Shown here: positions 39,002-53,324 of the stretch, in pieces | Layout: every line of letters starts with the position of its first letter | Numbering within the stretch: position 1 is the stretch's first letter | Assembly (NCBI GenBank): GCA_964035545.1 | Contig: OZ037766.1 | Location: forward strand, 13,816,722 to 13,880,721 | Direction of reading: 5' to 3' | DNA length: 64,000 nucleotides | Source: Bugula neritina | Lineage: Eukaryota; Animalia; Bryozoa | Notes under the pieces: generated by a model | What the model saw: the letters and a program-made list of their open reading frames with translations, nothing else | Database searches by the model: none | What the model was told of the DNA's origin: nothing | Program-made: the position numbers and the translations under genes

Positions 39002-42000
39002 ACTAAAGCAAATCAATTAAGTATGGTGAGAAAGTTACTGTAAACAATGATTGGAATAAAAGACATTAAATTGAAGAAATCAGATTCAATATAAATGGTA
39101 TGAATAACAAACCTGGTGAATGCAGGTTCCCTTGCACCAGTTGTGAAGAAATGAGCTTATATTATATCCATAGCAAGTAAAGACTGAACTGCCAGTGAAT
39201 CCCTCCCACTAGAATTACTCTGCCTTATACTTCTTCTGTATAAAGAAATAGTGAATATCCTCTCACAGTTATATATTCAATAGACAAGAGCCTCGCTTGG
39301 TAAAGTTGATCGCATTAACTAAGTATACTGTATATCTCTTTCACAAGTTTCACCATGCGTTGCTTGCAACAGAAATCAATATCATTATGGAAAAAATAAA
39401 GTATAATGTTAATAACATGTTATAAAGCATTTATGCTGATTGATTTGGTTCTTAATAGGCATCATCCTTTGCTATAGGGCTCATCTAAAGGCTCCACTAT
39501 CTATATAACAAAACAATTATGACACTGTCATCAGTATTATAAGTGATTCTCATTAATGTAGATTGTAGCTTACTATACCACTAATAGTTTACTAGATGGA
39601 AAAATCCAGCAAGTCTAAAATAAGATAATTCTATTTTTCAAAGTAGAGCTTATAAAACTAATACATAATAATCATTATTTATATTATAATATATAAATAA
39701 TGATTATGATGTATATTAGTTTTTAATACATTATATTATCTTGCATTACATTACATTTATATAAAACTTCTAATTATATAATTTCTAAATCTTAAAGTTA
39801 AAGACTCAAACCAACGAGAATCTTATCTCAGCAAAGCATTAAAACTAAAAAATAGCTTTCCTTTCAATACACGTCATCAAAGCAATAATCTATAAACCAG
39901 TTGAAAATAAATAGTACACTGGTGTTGCCCAAGGGTATATTCATACTGGCTTGTGGTATTTGAGAAAAGTCACAATGCTTAACCAGACTGTAAACATGAA
40001 TAAGTATTTGAAGCAAGTTGCCAAGTAATGACATTAAGCTGCAGCACCAAGTGTCAGTAGGCCACCCTTTTTACTTTCTCAGTAACCAGTAGTCACTGCA
40101 TGTAGTTTTACCAGCAAAAGAAAAAACCAATATTTTACTAAATTAAATTTATCTAAATATTTTCAGGGATTCAACCAACTAGCAATTGAATAGTGAGAGT
40201 TTAAAGATCAAATTGCATTTTAAATGCAGCTTTACAAAGAGTAGTTGCCCAGAAGCAATATCATTATCAGACATATCCACCTAAATAGTAAACTCTTTCT
40301 CGAGACACTAGCAGTATGAGTATGAGTAACTATTCAACAGTAACTGACAAGTGACTAAGAGTTACACGTCTAGTACTAGTGCCGTGATACTTACACCATA
40401 TATTAGTCACTAGTAGTACTCCAACCCTCACTTATAATAGTTTACTAACGGGTACTAAAGCTAAGAAACTCGTGTGACAAATCTTTCCTACTAGAACCTT
40501 CTACTAACCACTCACACTCACTCAGTGCACGAGATCTAACACTGTGTTGATTACAGCAAACAGCATAATGTCGTGACCTTTGGTAGCCCATTTGCAGCTA
40601 CGCTACATTATAATACAGTAATATTTGTGGCTGTGTTTTTCATCCAATACTGTATAGTGTATAGAGTAGAGCTAATTGGATGGTTATGTTAATGGAATTA
40701 GATTGATAAACCTTTCTGCTATGGGCTTGTCTCCACATATAAGTTACTGTTAGTTTGATGTAAACATTTCTGCGGGCTACGCAGCTTTAGGGCTAGCTAA
40801 AACACTGAACTAGAAATAATAACTTTTCCAGTTCATGGAGCTAGAGATTTCTTGTATACCTATTGCTTTTTGTTATAGCAGGAAATTTTTAGTGTTTCCC
40901 TTAGCAACAGAAGCGCTTTTGAAAGTTGCCAATCACAAATATTATGAAAGTTGACACTAGTGGTTGATATAGATATTGTAATAATAATTGACTGAAACTA
41001 GTAAATAATTAGGTACAGGAAGTGTCTGAAAAAGTCATGTTTTGCTGAAAAATTCTGCCGGATAAAGTTATGCAAAATTTATGACATTTCTCTGTCTCAA
41101 ACAAAAAATTGCACGTAATCATATTATGTATAAATTAAATCAACCTAGCCTAAGAAAGTTCTTTACAACAGCAGATTGATTTGGTAAAACCATTTTAGTC
41201 CCAGATTAAGGTGAATCTTGAAAGACCTTCTGTTATAAAGTTAATAAAAACAAGCTGATTTGATGCAATAACTAATTATGATTATCCATATATGGCTGCC
41301 TTGCCAGCATGCTAATAATGCATAGAATAGGCAGCCAGCTTTAGTGTAAATGTTGATACTATGCAATACTATTTCCTATTGCCTATGCATTTTATATACA
41401 ATAGTAGCTACTTTACTGGTGTGATCTAATTATATTATAATTCTATAGTTTAGCTATTGTCCTTCCAAAAGATTCTACAAACTCGCATGAAGGAATAATA
41501 ACAAATCTTTTAAAGAAGCTATAAAATTCTAAATTATTATACTTTTATATTTTACAATACATTTACCAAACCAAGAAACTAACAAAGCTGTTTTAAAGAC
41601 ATTCAAATAAATTTCTTTTTCAGCAATTAGGAACCAGTAAAGGTTTTATATTCTCCAAAAATTATACTATTCTACTCAAGTGGCAAGAGTCATGTTTTGT
41701 TTCACAAATACATTTAATTTCCTTTGGTTCTAAGCTTTTTATTCTAAAAAATTACTCTTGCATAGGGTACAGAGCAGAAAATTTGTATAGCAGCAATTAT
41801 GTGGTGTCAAGTTTTTTATTACCTACTACTCAAGAGGCATCACTTTTCTAGCAGCTATTATTTTATAACTGATAAAGGGCTAGCAGTGATTCTTACAACA
41901 TAATTTCTGTTTCACAAATTGGTGTCAAGCCATTGCATTTTACTAACCAGATGCTCATTTTGATCAAATATTACTATTCCTGTTCAATTATTAGTTTTAC

Positions 42001-43602
42001 CACAGCTAAGTTGATTATTTTTCACCACATGAAGTAATGAAAAAATTTCCTTGCCAGTCAAAAATATGATTATTTATAACATTCCATGGTATTTTAATAA
42101 GTTTATTCGTCAATTATCAAGAATTACATAGTAGTTTACCAACACATGTGAACAAATTTTCTGATATGTAACATGCATTTTCTACAGCTCCAAAAATCAC
42201 AATGTGCCCATTATCAAATTTCAATTTTGTTTTCCAGCTGATGTTTTATGTTATGCTAAAACCAAAGACAATTATGTAACTAAGCACATTGGTATAATAG
42301 CAATTTGTGGGCAACTTGCAAAAAATTCTGCAAAATATCAGAATAAAAGTACAGATGTAGGAAACTGCTGAAAAAATTAGCAAGCCTTACAATCATAATA
42401 AATGCGCTTGTACGTTAATACCAAAAAAAATATAGATACAGAATAAATATAAAGATTGAAGTAAAACCAGAGTTTTCCATTATAAAACTGAATGATCACA
42501 AAACATTAATGAAAATGAATAATTTGTACACAAATAGAAAAAACATTTAACACAAAAATTTATTTTATACACACACTTTATTAGAGTATAATAATGTAAT
42601 ATTATATTATATTTATATATCATTATATATTAATTTGACAAGAATAACAGATTGAAATTCAGATCATGTTAAAACACGGAGAGTCGCATAAGCAAATAAC
42701 ATTCTTTCAGCTAAAACAGATTTAGAATGTAGGCATGAATCCTCAAAAAGCATATTAATTGCGTAAATGATCATTTGATCATTACCAAGTTGATTATAAA
42801 ATGCAGAGTATGAAAAGAATGATTTTCAAAAAACAGCTAATAAGTTTTTACAATGCAGTAGTTGGGTTCAAACAAGAAAAAAAATTCTTGCAGCTTCTAG
42901 TCATACAACTTGTTGCAGGATTGATCAATATTTAGCAAATTTATAACAAATTAATTATGCAGAGATGAAACAAGTAATGCAAAAATGCTAAAACAGCTTT
43001 ACAATATTAGATTTATATACTTTGCAAAATACTAAATCAATTAGCCACATCACAAGGCACTACACCCTATCAAGTTGAAACTCACTTCACTCATCGGCTA
43101 TATTATAGTATGATAAACAGACTTGACAAATTAATTAACTAGTCTTGCTGCCAATTCTACCTATGTACAACATGCATGCACGATTAGTTCAAGTCTAGCT
43201 CTATGCCATGCTATAGTTCATACTCTGGAACACAACCCCCTCTTTTCTCTATTAACTTGAAGTGGAGAACGCAGAAGCTAAGTCATGGTTACGGTAGGTA
43301 TATAAGGCTGCCTTATTGTTTTAGTACATAGTAGTAACTTAGGTATAACTTACTAAGTTATGAAGTGATTGGAAGATTTCAATAAGATTTCAATTTTTCA
43401 TTCAAAGATCCAACAACTAGGTAGGCTTTGGAAAAGAGTAAACTCTTGTAAATGTTGGAGTTGTCGAAGCAACACTTCACATAAGCATGCGAGTGTGTAA
43501 ACTCATCTACATTTCCACAAACTAGACCCGATAGTCAAGATTACTAAATTAATGGGAAGCAGTTTATAACAATTTCTTTTTAAATCCTAACATTGCGGAT
43601 GG

Positions 43603-46600
43603 TTACATCGGGGTATCTTTTTCATTTTCACTTGCTGATTTCATAGAACATGACGGCCTTTGCAGATTACTCTGCGATTCAGTAGCGCTTCCTTCTGACA
43701 ACTCATTTCCAGATCCAAGTTTGGAGAGACCGGAGGCAATGCTTGTGATGTAGCCCGGGGTGTAGTTCCTGTTCCATTGAATTTGTACGCTGTCACCATC
43801 TGCGCTGAGTATGTTAGAATAGTGCACTGAACCTACAGGTCTGTTTGAGGCCTCTGCAGGACCCCATCCAGCTAGTGGCATCATGTTGATCCTTAGGATC
43901 TATAAAGTTTAATGGTGTTTCTTTATTCACAAGTATTGGAGTTATCTTATCTACATAATTATGTGCGCTACATATTCTTTCTACATTATAAGCATACAAA
44001 TACATGGCAGAATGTCAACAACAAAAGAAAATAGTAAAATAATATTTCTTTGCCTTTACTTTGCAAAACCTTTAATCAAAAGAAGTTAAACTCAAATGAT
44101 GAATCATTTTTTTAGAAATGCTTCCTATAAATATGCATTCTCAAACTAAAAGAAACAATTTAAAAACGGGTGAGCCTGGATTATCATATACACCATAATA
44201 TTATATTTATCAGCATAAGTAGCATACAAAGCATACATACATCATAACCACCATGTCGACAATAGTAATACAGAAACCACCCAGGGATCCACATGATTGG
44301 AAACAGAGCTATGCACCAGCCAAGAGAAATATGAGATGGTGGATATACTAGGCCTGTAGTATACTCTGGCTTTTCGAGAAGTACACAGTTAGCTATGATG
44401 ACCAGCTACAAGAATAAACAAATTATATAATTATTTTGTCAGATGAATATACAGTATAAGAGACAGTGTAACTGCAATATATCATATGTATTTAGAGAAC
44501 AAAATTGAATTTCATCACAAAGTAAAAACAGGCAACTGGTCAACTAATGGCCAGCTGTAGTATCTTCTTGTATTAAAACTAATAGCTTATATACTAGTCT
44601 TGGGGACACAAGTTGAAACAGAATGTATCCCATCTTATTGTCTATTCATTTTCAACTTTTCAGAAGAAATCTACCAAACATGCCTACCACATGCTCCATC
44701 ATTATAATTGTACATTGCACATGTAAAATCACAAGTGATCAACAAATGTCTTTGCTGGAGTCTGCTAAACTCTTGGCAAGCCTCCAAAATATTATTTTTC
44801 ATCTGACTTATTTTGTTGCCTATGTTATGACTTAATCAAATTTGTTTCTTCATTATTCACCAGAAATTAAGTTGGTGTAAATAACCTAAGCCACAAGGTA
44901 ACAAACAGCACTTTAACATTTAGGGTCAACATAAATTCTAGATTCCAGTAAAAAAGATGCCTAAAGAAGATCTTCTTATGCTTTTATATAACCTTGTTTA
45001 ATGTTTTCATAGCGTTTTATTACACAACTACACTGTCTTTGATGTAAGAACACAAAAATGCCTTGAAAGTTATTTTTATGATATCATTTTTTTATACTTT
45101 GCAATTAAACCACACTTTTTTATTACATCTTGAAAGTCATTTTCTTGATGCCCTTATTTTCATACTGAATATCAGTAAATTTAAGATTTGCATGATGTAA
45201 AACATAAAATGCTACAGAAGCTCCATTAAAAATTGCTAAAATAGAGTTGAAGTAGAACTTACACCAACAACAAGAGGAGAGATTCCGAGCCAGCACACCA
45301 TCCAGTAAACATTAGGTTTGAATCCAAGCATCATTTTGATGTCTTCTGAAAATCGTGGGTAGCCATATATGTAGCTGATTGCAATAAGCTCAAGAAGAGC
45401 CACAAACAGAAGGGGGAAACCAGATACACTGTAGTCAACCAAGTTCAACAAATGAATTCCACCCTAGAAACAAAGATACAAAAGTTTTGTAGAATATTGT
45501 GGTACAGAATTCTTTTGTAGAACACATTGCAGAGTAACATCTGGTAAAACTAAACTGCCTCCAACAAGACTTGTGGCACCTAAAGCTTCGCTTCTAGTCA
45601 AAATGTCAGAAATACTTTGGGGCAATACTTCCAAGTTCGTGGCTTCTACATAGCTCAAACTTTCCAGGCCAATAGTTTAGTTGAACTACTATCTCAGTTT
45701 TCCATGACTCAGTTAGATGCTTAATGTTGATAATTCTGACTATTGTTATTCAACTAATACATGTATGTCATGATAAGTTCAGGAACAGTTAAATGGACAG
45801 GTTAATCTTGATAACACTACCAGTGGTACTATGTCTTCCACGGTACAGAAAATAACCTCTGGAGTTACAGTGGATGTGAACTGACCAGCTAGAAACCAAA
45901 TCAGATTGAGGATTTACGCGGTATAACAGATTTTCATTTCCCTATCGAGAAAATAGGTGGTGTAACTCTAGCATATAATAAATACACCATAGAGTTGACA
46001 TTAATATTGACAGCAAGATCAGTTGATAACAGTTGCTTTAGTCACCTTACTGGGCCAAACCCCCTCTTGTCCAATTTGTCTATGCCTCACAATGAATGGG
46101 ATGAACATAAAGTGTGTAGTATTAGACAATTGGTGACAGCAATGCACCAAAACATAGTCACTCAACATACCTGGCTAACCATGGGGAGTCCAAGCAGAAA
46201 CATGAGGAAGCAGAAAGATATTCTGAAAATAATATTGTTCTTTTTTGGTGACAGCCACTCAGAAAACTCGTCTGTCAATGCACTGAGCACGCACTCAACG
46301 ATGGAGAATTGAGATCCAAACCCAAGTGTAGCCATCATAATGAAGAAAAAAACAGACCAAAGAGGAGCAACTGGCATCTTTGATAAAGCTTCTGGGTAAA
46401 CAATAAAAGCTAGACCAGGACCTAAAAAACCAAGAGTAAATTGAAAGAGAAGTAAAGCTACTAAAATTAAAAAAATTAGTTTTAAAAAGTCATTTTTTGG
46501 CATAACAAGATAAACTCTATATTTATCTTTTTGGTATTTGGAGAAAAGTTTAGCATAAAGCTTGCCATTTTTAAGGGTTTATGTCATGTAGTCCACTTTT

Positions 46601-49600
46601 TCATGTAAAAATAAATGCAAAATTAACCTAGCATAAACTTTTTTTCTAGAGCCTTATAGGCTACAAGCTTCATTGCTTTTAAAAGTGAGTGTATTTAATG
46701 CATGTTTCTATAATCAGGTCTGCTTACCTCCTTTGACTACTGATTCAATGTCCACACCTTTCTCTTCTGCCATATATCCAAGTACTGAAAATATAACAAG
46801 GCCGGCAAAAACACTGGTTCCACAGTTGATGAGAGACACGATCAGTGAATCCCTACAATATACGCAGGTCTTGCTAATAACTGGAAGTTGTATAACATTT
46901 TTACTTTTGAAGGAAATCAACTTAATTTTTTATAAACATTATATGCATGTACTAAGAAATATTAATTTAATTTATGCTGGTTTTTCTTTAATGTTTTCTA
47001 TTACACAAAGTTATGAGTTCTTAAGTACGTAGTTTCATTATAGCCACTAGATGTTTTTAAATAGCGTTTGGAGGCTATACTGGACTGCAAAACTGTTTAC
47101 CATACCTTATTAGTTGGTAATTTTTGTAATCACTGGCAGTTGTTTAAGTATGTCAATAGTCAAACAACGATATATGTAAGAAAAGCTCTAAAAAACACTG
47201 CATAAATGTTATTTCTATAGCGTTTGGTGGTTATCAACGTACAATAATTAGTAATCAAGCACCCAGTGACACAATATTCTACAGATATATGGTCAAGCAA
47301 AGACAACTTCCCAAAATAACTCAATCAGCTATCAACATGGATGTAACTTTATTTCCTAAAACCAACTTATTAAAGAATGTAGCAAACCTGTAACAGTTGT
47401 TGTTAAACTTGTTGTAACTGGACATTGCTATCAGTCCTCCAGAGCAAGCGCTGAGGGAGTAGAAGATCTGAGTGGCAGCGTCAGACCAGACTCTGGCATT
47501 CTTCAGCTCTTCAAACCTACATACAGAGCTCAGTGATGTATCAGGACATAAGCTTATATTATTAGGCTTTTTATTATAGTACAGTTCTCCCTTCATCTCA
47601 TGGATCCATTTCTTACAAAGTTGCATAAGCCATTAGAACGACTTGGACCCCCATTTTTGTGGCTTATCGAGATAAAATGGCCGGGTTCAACAGATGCATG
47701 AGTTAAATAATATGGTATCCTAACATGTCTCAAATTGAGGCTTTGTGATCTGCAGCTTAGTGAGATGCGGAGGAAGCACTGTATATTGCTAGGCCACACG
47801 GTGGCTAGTCAATATTGGTCCAAAAGTCCACTGGTCTGAATGAAGTTGCATGTTTAATAAAAGAAAACTATTATTACTTGCATTGTGGAGGCCTGTGTGT
47901 ATTGTAGGTCTAATAGTTTTCAGGTTAAAACCCCATATCCCAAACCCTTAACAATGGCTTGTCATGTGTACTAGGCAAATATTTTTGGACCAATGGACCT
48001 TCGGACCAACAGTCCTTCAGAATATTGACCCGTCCCCGATTATCCTACCTTATAATATATAATGTAAAAACATAATAGTATATTATAATTCACAGGCATA
48101 TTAATTTAATAAACTAATATGTATATATATTGGTTCTAAACAGAAGAATATCATATATTTACACAAAAATCAAATGAAAAAAAAAACATGTGAAGCATAC
48201 CTAGGAGTTAAATAGTACAAGATGCCTTTTGCGGGTCCAGGACCAGGAAGGGTAACTCCACGAATCAATAGAATAAATAGCATGACGTATGGGAATATGG
48301 CAGTGAAGTAGACAATCTAAAAATAATAAAGGAAGTATAGCATAATTTCAATATGTAAACAGATTCACATGTGTAAGATTATCATAGACAAGACATAATG
48401 TCAATATATATTCAGCCATCGTATAGCATATATTCCGGAAAACCAACCGCCACTCCTGTCATTTGATCGCCTGGCAATGTGAAACATACACTTCAAAACA
48501 AAACTTAGAAGTGGGTTTTTCTTTACATAAAGTTGTGGATTACATCGGATCATTCTGTTGAAGAACAATACTTTTGGTGAAATACAAACTTTTGGGAACT
48601 TATTAAATTTAGATGAGATGCATGACATGGCAGAAAAATTTTCTTTCTTTTAAACAAGGTGACCACAGACCTACTCAAGTGACATATTATTTGTCAAGAG
48701 TGTATTACTTGTGTCACTATGAATACTATGCAGTATAGCTCTAATTAAATATGAATGTAATCAGGTTTTACGTTGTACAACCTGCAAGCAAAAATTATCA
48801 TCCACTTGATGCTTTGTAATATTGTTAACTCCTAGCAAATAAAAGTTTTTAATCCAGCTGAGTTGTTCCCTTTATTGGTATAAACACAATCTAGTTGGTT
48901 AACTTGAAATAGTTCATTATTATAGCAAGGTTATTACGTTTTTATTAAACAGTCTAAAAGTTTAATGAAAATGTTATTTGCTATGTAAATTTTTCTCCGT
49001 TACTAACAGAGCTAGCAAAAATAAAACTCGCTGACAAAATTTTCAGTTCTAAGATATTAAATCAGTAAACATAATAAAAATAATTTCTACTCTAGACACA
49101 TTCAACCACCTTTACAATTACATGATAAGACACTTTGTCCCAGTTGAAAGTTGGCCAGCCTAGCCTAATCTTATGTTCTTGGACTTTAACTTGAAATAGC
49201 AACTTATATTACGACTATAGCCAGTAAGGTGGTGTATTCTACTAGCAATAAACATCAGCATAATTCATATCTTCTGATCAATATATAAATTATTCTCTAC
49301 TGAGAGTTTGTGCACTTCATTAGCTCACAACATTATTGATTCTCTACTTAACAGCTAATAAGTAACCATTTTGTCCAACAGTTTCTGCTGTACTACAATA
49401 ACATCACTAGTATAGCAAGCAGTACGGAGAAATAACAGAGCCTTGGTACAAACTAACTCAGTAAGGAGATTCAGCTCTCGGACTAATGGGATTAGAAATT
49501 TTCTATAATGGAAAGATTGCATTTATATGTAAACATTGGAAGTAAATCTTTGGCACAAAGCCAGTAAAGAAAAACTCTGCAACAGCTATGCTGTTATATA

Positions 49601-52203
49601 ACTGTGTGCTCTGTTATTTAATTATGTTTGTACAAAATTGTATTAAATTTCCAAACACCTTAACTGCTGTTCAGTTGCAAGATAATTAAACAGAGGGTAA
49701 TGTTCTGTATCTCTAAAATTGTCTAAAAATTCCATTCACAATTTTTTGCTCTTCTTGTAGCTTTAGCAGCTTATTCTAACCTGCGTCGATTCATTTAACC
49801 TTCTTTAGAGCAATAACATTGCTGTGTGGACAGGCAGTCAAGCCTGTGATATTTTCACCTGAATCTAAATGCTTGCTTTGAAGTTGCTGACCAGTTACAA
49901 TTCTCTCACAGAAATGGGATGCTTGCTCTAATTACTTATTGTTTTGTAAAAGTTGTGACCCCATACTGCCATTGATACTGTTAAACACAGTAATTAAATT
50001 TAGATACATGTATAATAAAATATGCCAGACTTGGGCAATTTTGAGTCTGCAATTCGCAAGTATTTTATGAAATGTCAAAAATGAGTAGATGGTAGTGGAA
50101 TCAAATATCACGTGTCTGCCACTGTTGGGTCGGCAACTGGTGGCAGCCACGAAAGCAGTTGGACCTTCATGACCAACAATAGCCTACCACTAACCCAAGG
50201 AATCAACATGTTAGTTATACAAATAATATTGGAAATACCACTACAACTTATTTGTTGGCATTGGTATTTCTAGGATTACCAGTTTCCATAGCAATGGGTG
50301 CAAAACTATATAGTTGACTATGCCAGGGTTCAAAACACTAATTTAAGTTTTAAAGTTAATTAAACTTGTAGTTCTCGAATAAGTTTTGTACAAAAATATC
50401 AGCATTTGGCACTTTGCTATTTTCTGAATTGTTTTGTCGTTACATTTACATAAAATAGCTACTTTCTGCTTACACTTCAATAATAGACCTGCAGTTATAG
50501 TAATTGAGTAATCAATACCATTTCATATATATATTAAGTTTTACACAATGTACCTAACTCTTAATAAATTAAAACCTATACATTCAGTTTAACAAATACA
50601 AATGGTAGTAAAGTTGGTCATCATGATCTTAACATGAAGCTTATACTTGGAACACATCTGTTGAAAATACACAAAAGTGAGGGAAGATATTGAACTGTTG
50701 TTGGATTGGTACTGAAGTATTTATACTTTTGCTTTTTAAACTGTTAGTTTGTGAACTAGAATTTCTTTAATGTTTTAAATAGATTATTACGTCATAAGTC
50801 TGCACATGTGTATTTATTTTATTTGTAAACCATTTGATATTTTGGTATGCCCTTTAAAACATTGATAATTATGTTAATCTCAACATCTCCCAACTTGGTA
50901 AAAAGATTTGGAACTATACTTGTATAAACAATGATTTACAGAGCTTTTGGGCAAGCTATTACTGTGTGTTAAATCATATTGAATGCAGAGATTTTATAGT
51001 GATCAAAATAATGAATGGAGTAACTGTAAGAGTTACTCTTCCCAACAGTTGTACACTTTATATTTCAGAGATTTTAGTATTTTGAAAAGCAAGCTTGACT
51101 TGAACAAAGTGAAGACGAGTCGGAATTCTGTCAGAGTATAAACAAACTAAAACTCAACAGAATCCCTCAGTACATAAGCTAATGTGACTCAGTATTCATA
51201 AAAACTTTGATGTATGCAGATTGGATTTGTTGAGAATTTGGTCCTTAGTAATTATCTACGAAGATAAATTGCAAGAAATTTAAAAAATTGTCATTTTCTT
51301 CTTGATGTAAGCATAAATGTGCAACTATGAGTCAACTCAGACTCAGAATTAGTTATACTTGCCAGTTTTACCCTGCATTTTCTTGGGGAGAAAAATATTT
51401 TCAATAAATTTGCATATTTTCTAAATTTACCTTGCCTAGAGATGAAATGCCTTTTATGAGTACCAAGCATACAAACAGCCAAGCAATAAACAGGGTGATT
51501 GTTAGTTTCCATGAGACTCCGCCCATTATTTCCGGGAAGTCAGATTGGTTGAGCACATAGTTGTAGTAGTAATCTTCTGAGGGAGTGACGGAGGGAATAA
51601 GTATGCAGGATCCATTGACCAAGGTGTGAGTAACATTGCAGGGCTGACCCTCTGGTATCAATGTAATGTTTGCTGTAAAAACACATTGAAAATTTGAAAT
51701 GTTTCTTTATACAACTTAATTTTCAATTTCATTTACTTATTGAGTATATGTATTACTTTATAGCTTTGATCATTTGCAAGTTCTGAAGCTGAATTGACTA
51801 CAAAAACAATAAAAAGACTCTTATTGCAAAGAATTCATTATAATATATCATTTGATTTGATTTTATCTGTGAACTAGAGCAAACCTAATTTGGAGAACTG
51901 GTTGAATACATGAAATATTAGATATAAGCCACTGCACCTGAGAAGTTGCCGTTGTAGATTGGTGGTTTACAGTTTGGCGCACTCCATTCATGGTCACAGT
52001 GCACCCATGGCAGTTGTTTGGTAAATGAGGCACCCAGATAAAAGAGCACATGTGCGATGATAACGTTATAGTACAAGGCGATAAGCCAAGATACACACAC
52101 TGAGCAAAACCCAAGACCTGCAAATATAAAATATGCATACATAAGTTATGTTGTAAGACAAGCAATAATAAGTATACATACGTACGCGCGCACACACACA
52201 CAC

Positions 52204-52234
<31 letters not shown>

Positions 52235-53324
52235 CATATAATGTGTTTACCAATTCCATAATTTGTATTTATAAAACTTATCAAAATAAATAAACAACTA
52301 AATATAAAGACAGTATACTATAACATACAAACCAAGTTGTTTGTGGGGGGGGGGAGGGGAAACTTTCTTAAAACAAAGTGTGTACTGTATATCTACAGAT
52401 CTACCTTTCCACAGCAGTTATGCAAATGTGTAGATTACTAAAAATGCCCAGCTTGCTGTCTAACTCATCGAAGGTAACAAACATTAACTGTTATTAGTTA
52501 ATCTGCTGAATTGGGTAATTACTGCTGAAGCTGAATAAAATTTTTAGCATAAAACAAATTTGAAACGGTTTTTTTTTTCTATTTTCATTGCAAATGGCTA
52601 CACTTTTACAGCAATGGCTATAAAGTTGTCAAAACTTGCCTTTAAATAGAGGGTTGATTTTCCACACTGTAATTGGGCCTAGGGAGGCGAACTGACCAAA
52701 GGCGAGCTCCATGAAGAACAGTGGTAAACCAACAGTAGCCAGCATGATAATGTACGGCAGTAAAAAAGCACCTGTAATATAATAGATATTAGTCCTAGTC
52801 ATTTAAACTGAACAGACTAGCAAACATTTTATGTAAGAAGCAGAAAACAGCTAAAGCTAAAACAGTAATTAGTGGTTCACAGTTTGTTTGATTAGCCTTT
52901 GAAATAACTTTTTATCATTTCAAGATGCTAAGAATGCCACAATTTTGCCACCAACTGCTACCATCATTAGCACATATCATTAGCTGGTGCACTTGGCTGT
53001 GGTACCAAAAGTTTAGAGATACATAATATTAATCAATTATTTAAAACATATTAAAAAACTAACTCTCAAATGCTCATTGCTCCACACTAACCACCGGCAT
53101 TGAGCATGAAATTATGGCAAGTAGTGTAATTTAGCAGCGAACTGCTACTGTTTCATACCTCCTCCATTTCTATAAGCCAAATAAGGAAATCTCCAGACAT
53201 TCCCCAACCCAACAGCATAGCCTACACAGGTTAGAATAAACTCTAGCTGTCCACCCCACTGTTGCCTGTTGTTGCCATCTTGCTCGCCATTTTCAGCAGT
53301 TCCATTATCTCGGTCTAACTTTTT
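43603..53324 (-). CDS. SLC6 Na+/Cl- dependent amino-acid transporter (GlyT/PROT subfamily); start codon exon not resolved
   Basis: Exons (minus) 53159-53324, 52640-52771, 51938-52117, 51431-51672, 48201-48316, 47388-47516, 46728-46852, 46171-46421, 45263-45463, 44241-44405, 43603-43899: [43 protein letters not shown]...[17 protein letters not shown]...[13 protein letters not shown]...[13 protein letters not shown]...WGP. NSS family signatures, 12-TM layout. Confidence 0.93.
47799..48038. mobile_element. Degenerate MITE with 15-16-bp subterminal repeats in an SLC6 intron
   Basis: Left GTCAATATTGGTCCAAAAGTCCACTGGTCTGAA is roughly inverted at right (TTTTGGACCAATGGACCTTCGGACCAACAGTCCTTCAGAATATTGACCCGTCCCCG). 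Confidence 0.45.

Noticed and set aside
38476-39043. Cys-rich metallothionein/keratin-associated-like ORFs
   Set aside because: 12-bp minisatellite open in several frames and on both strands; variation is not codon-structured.
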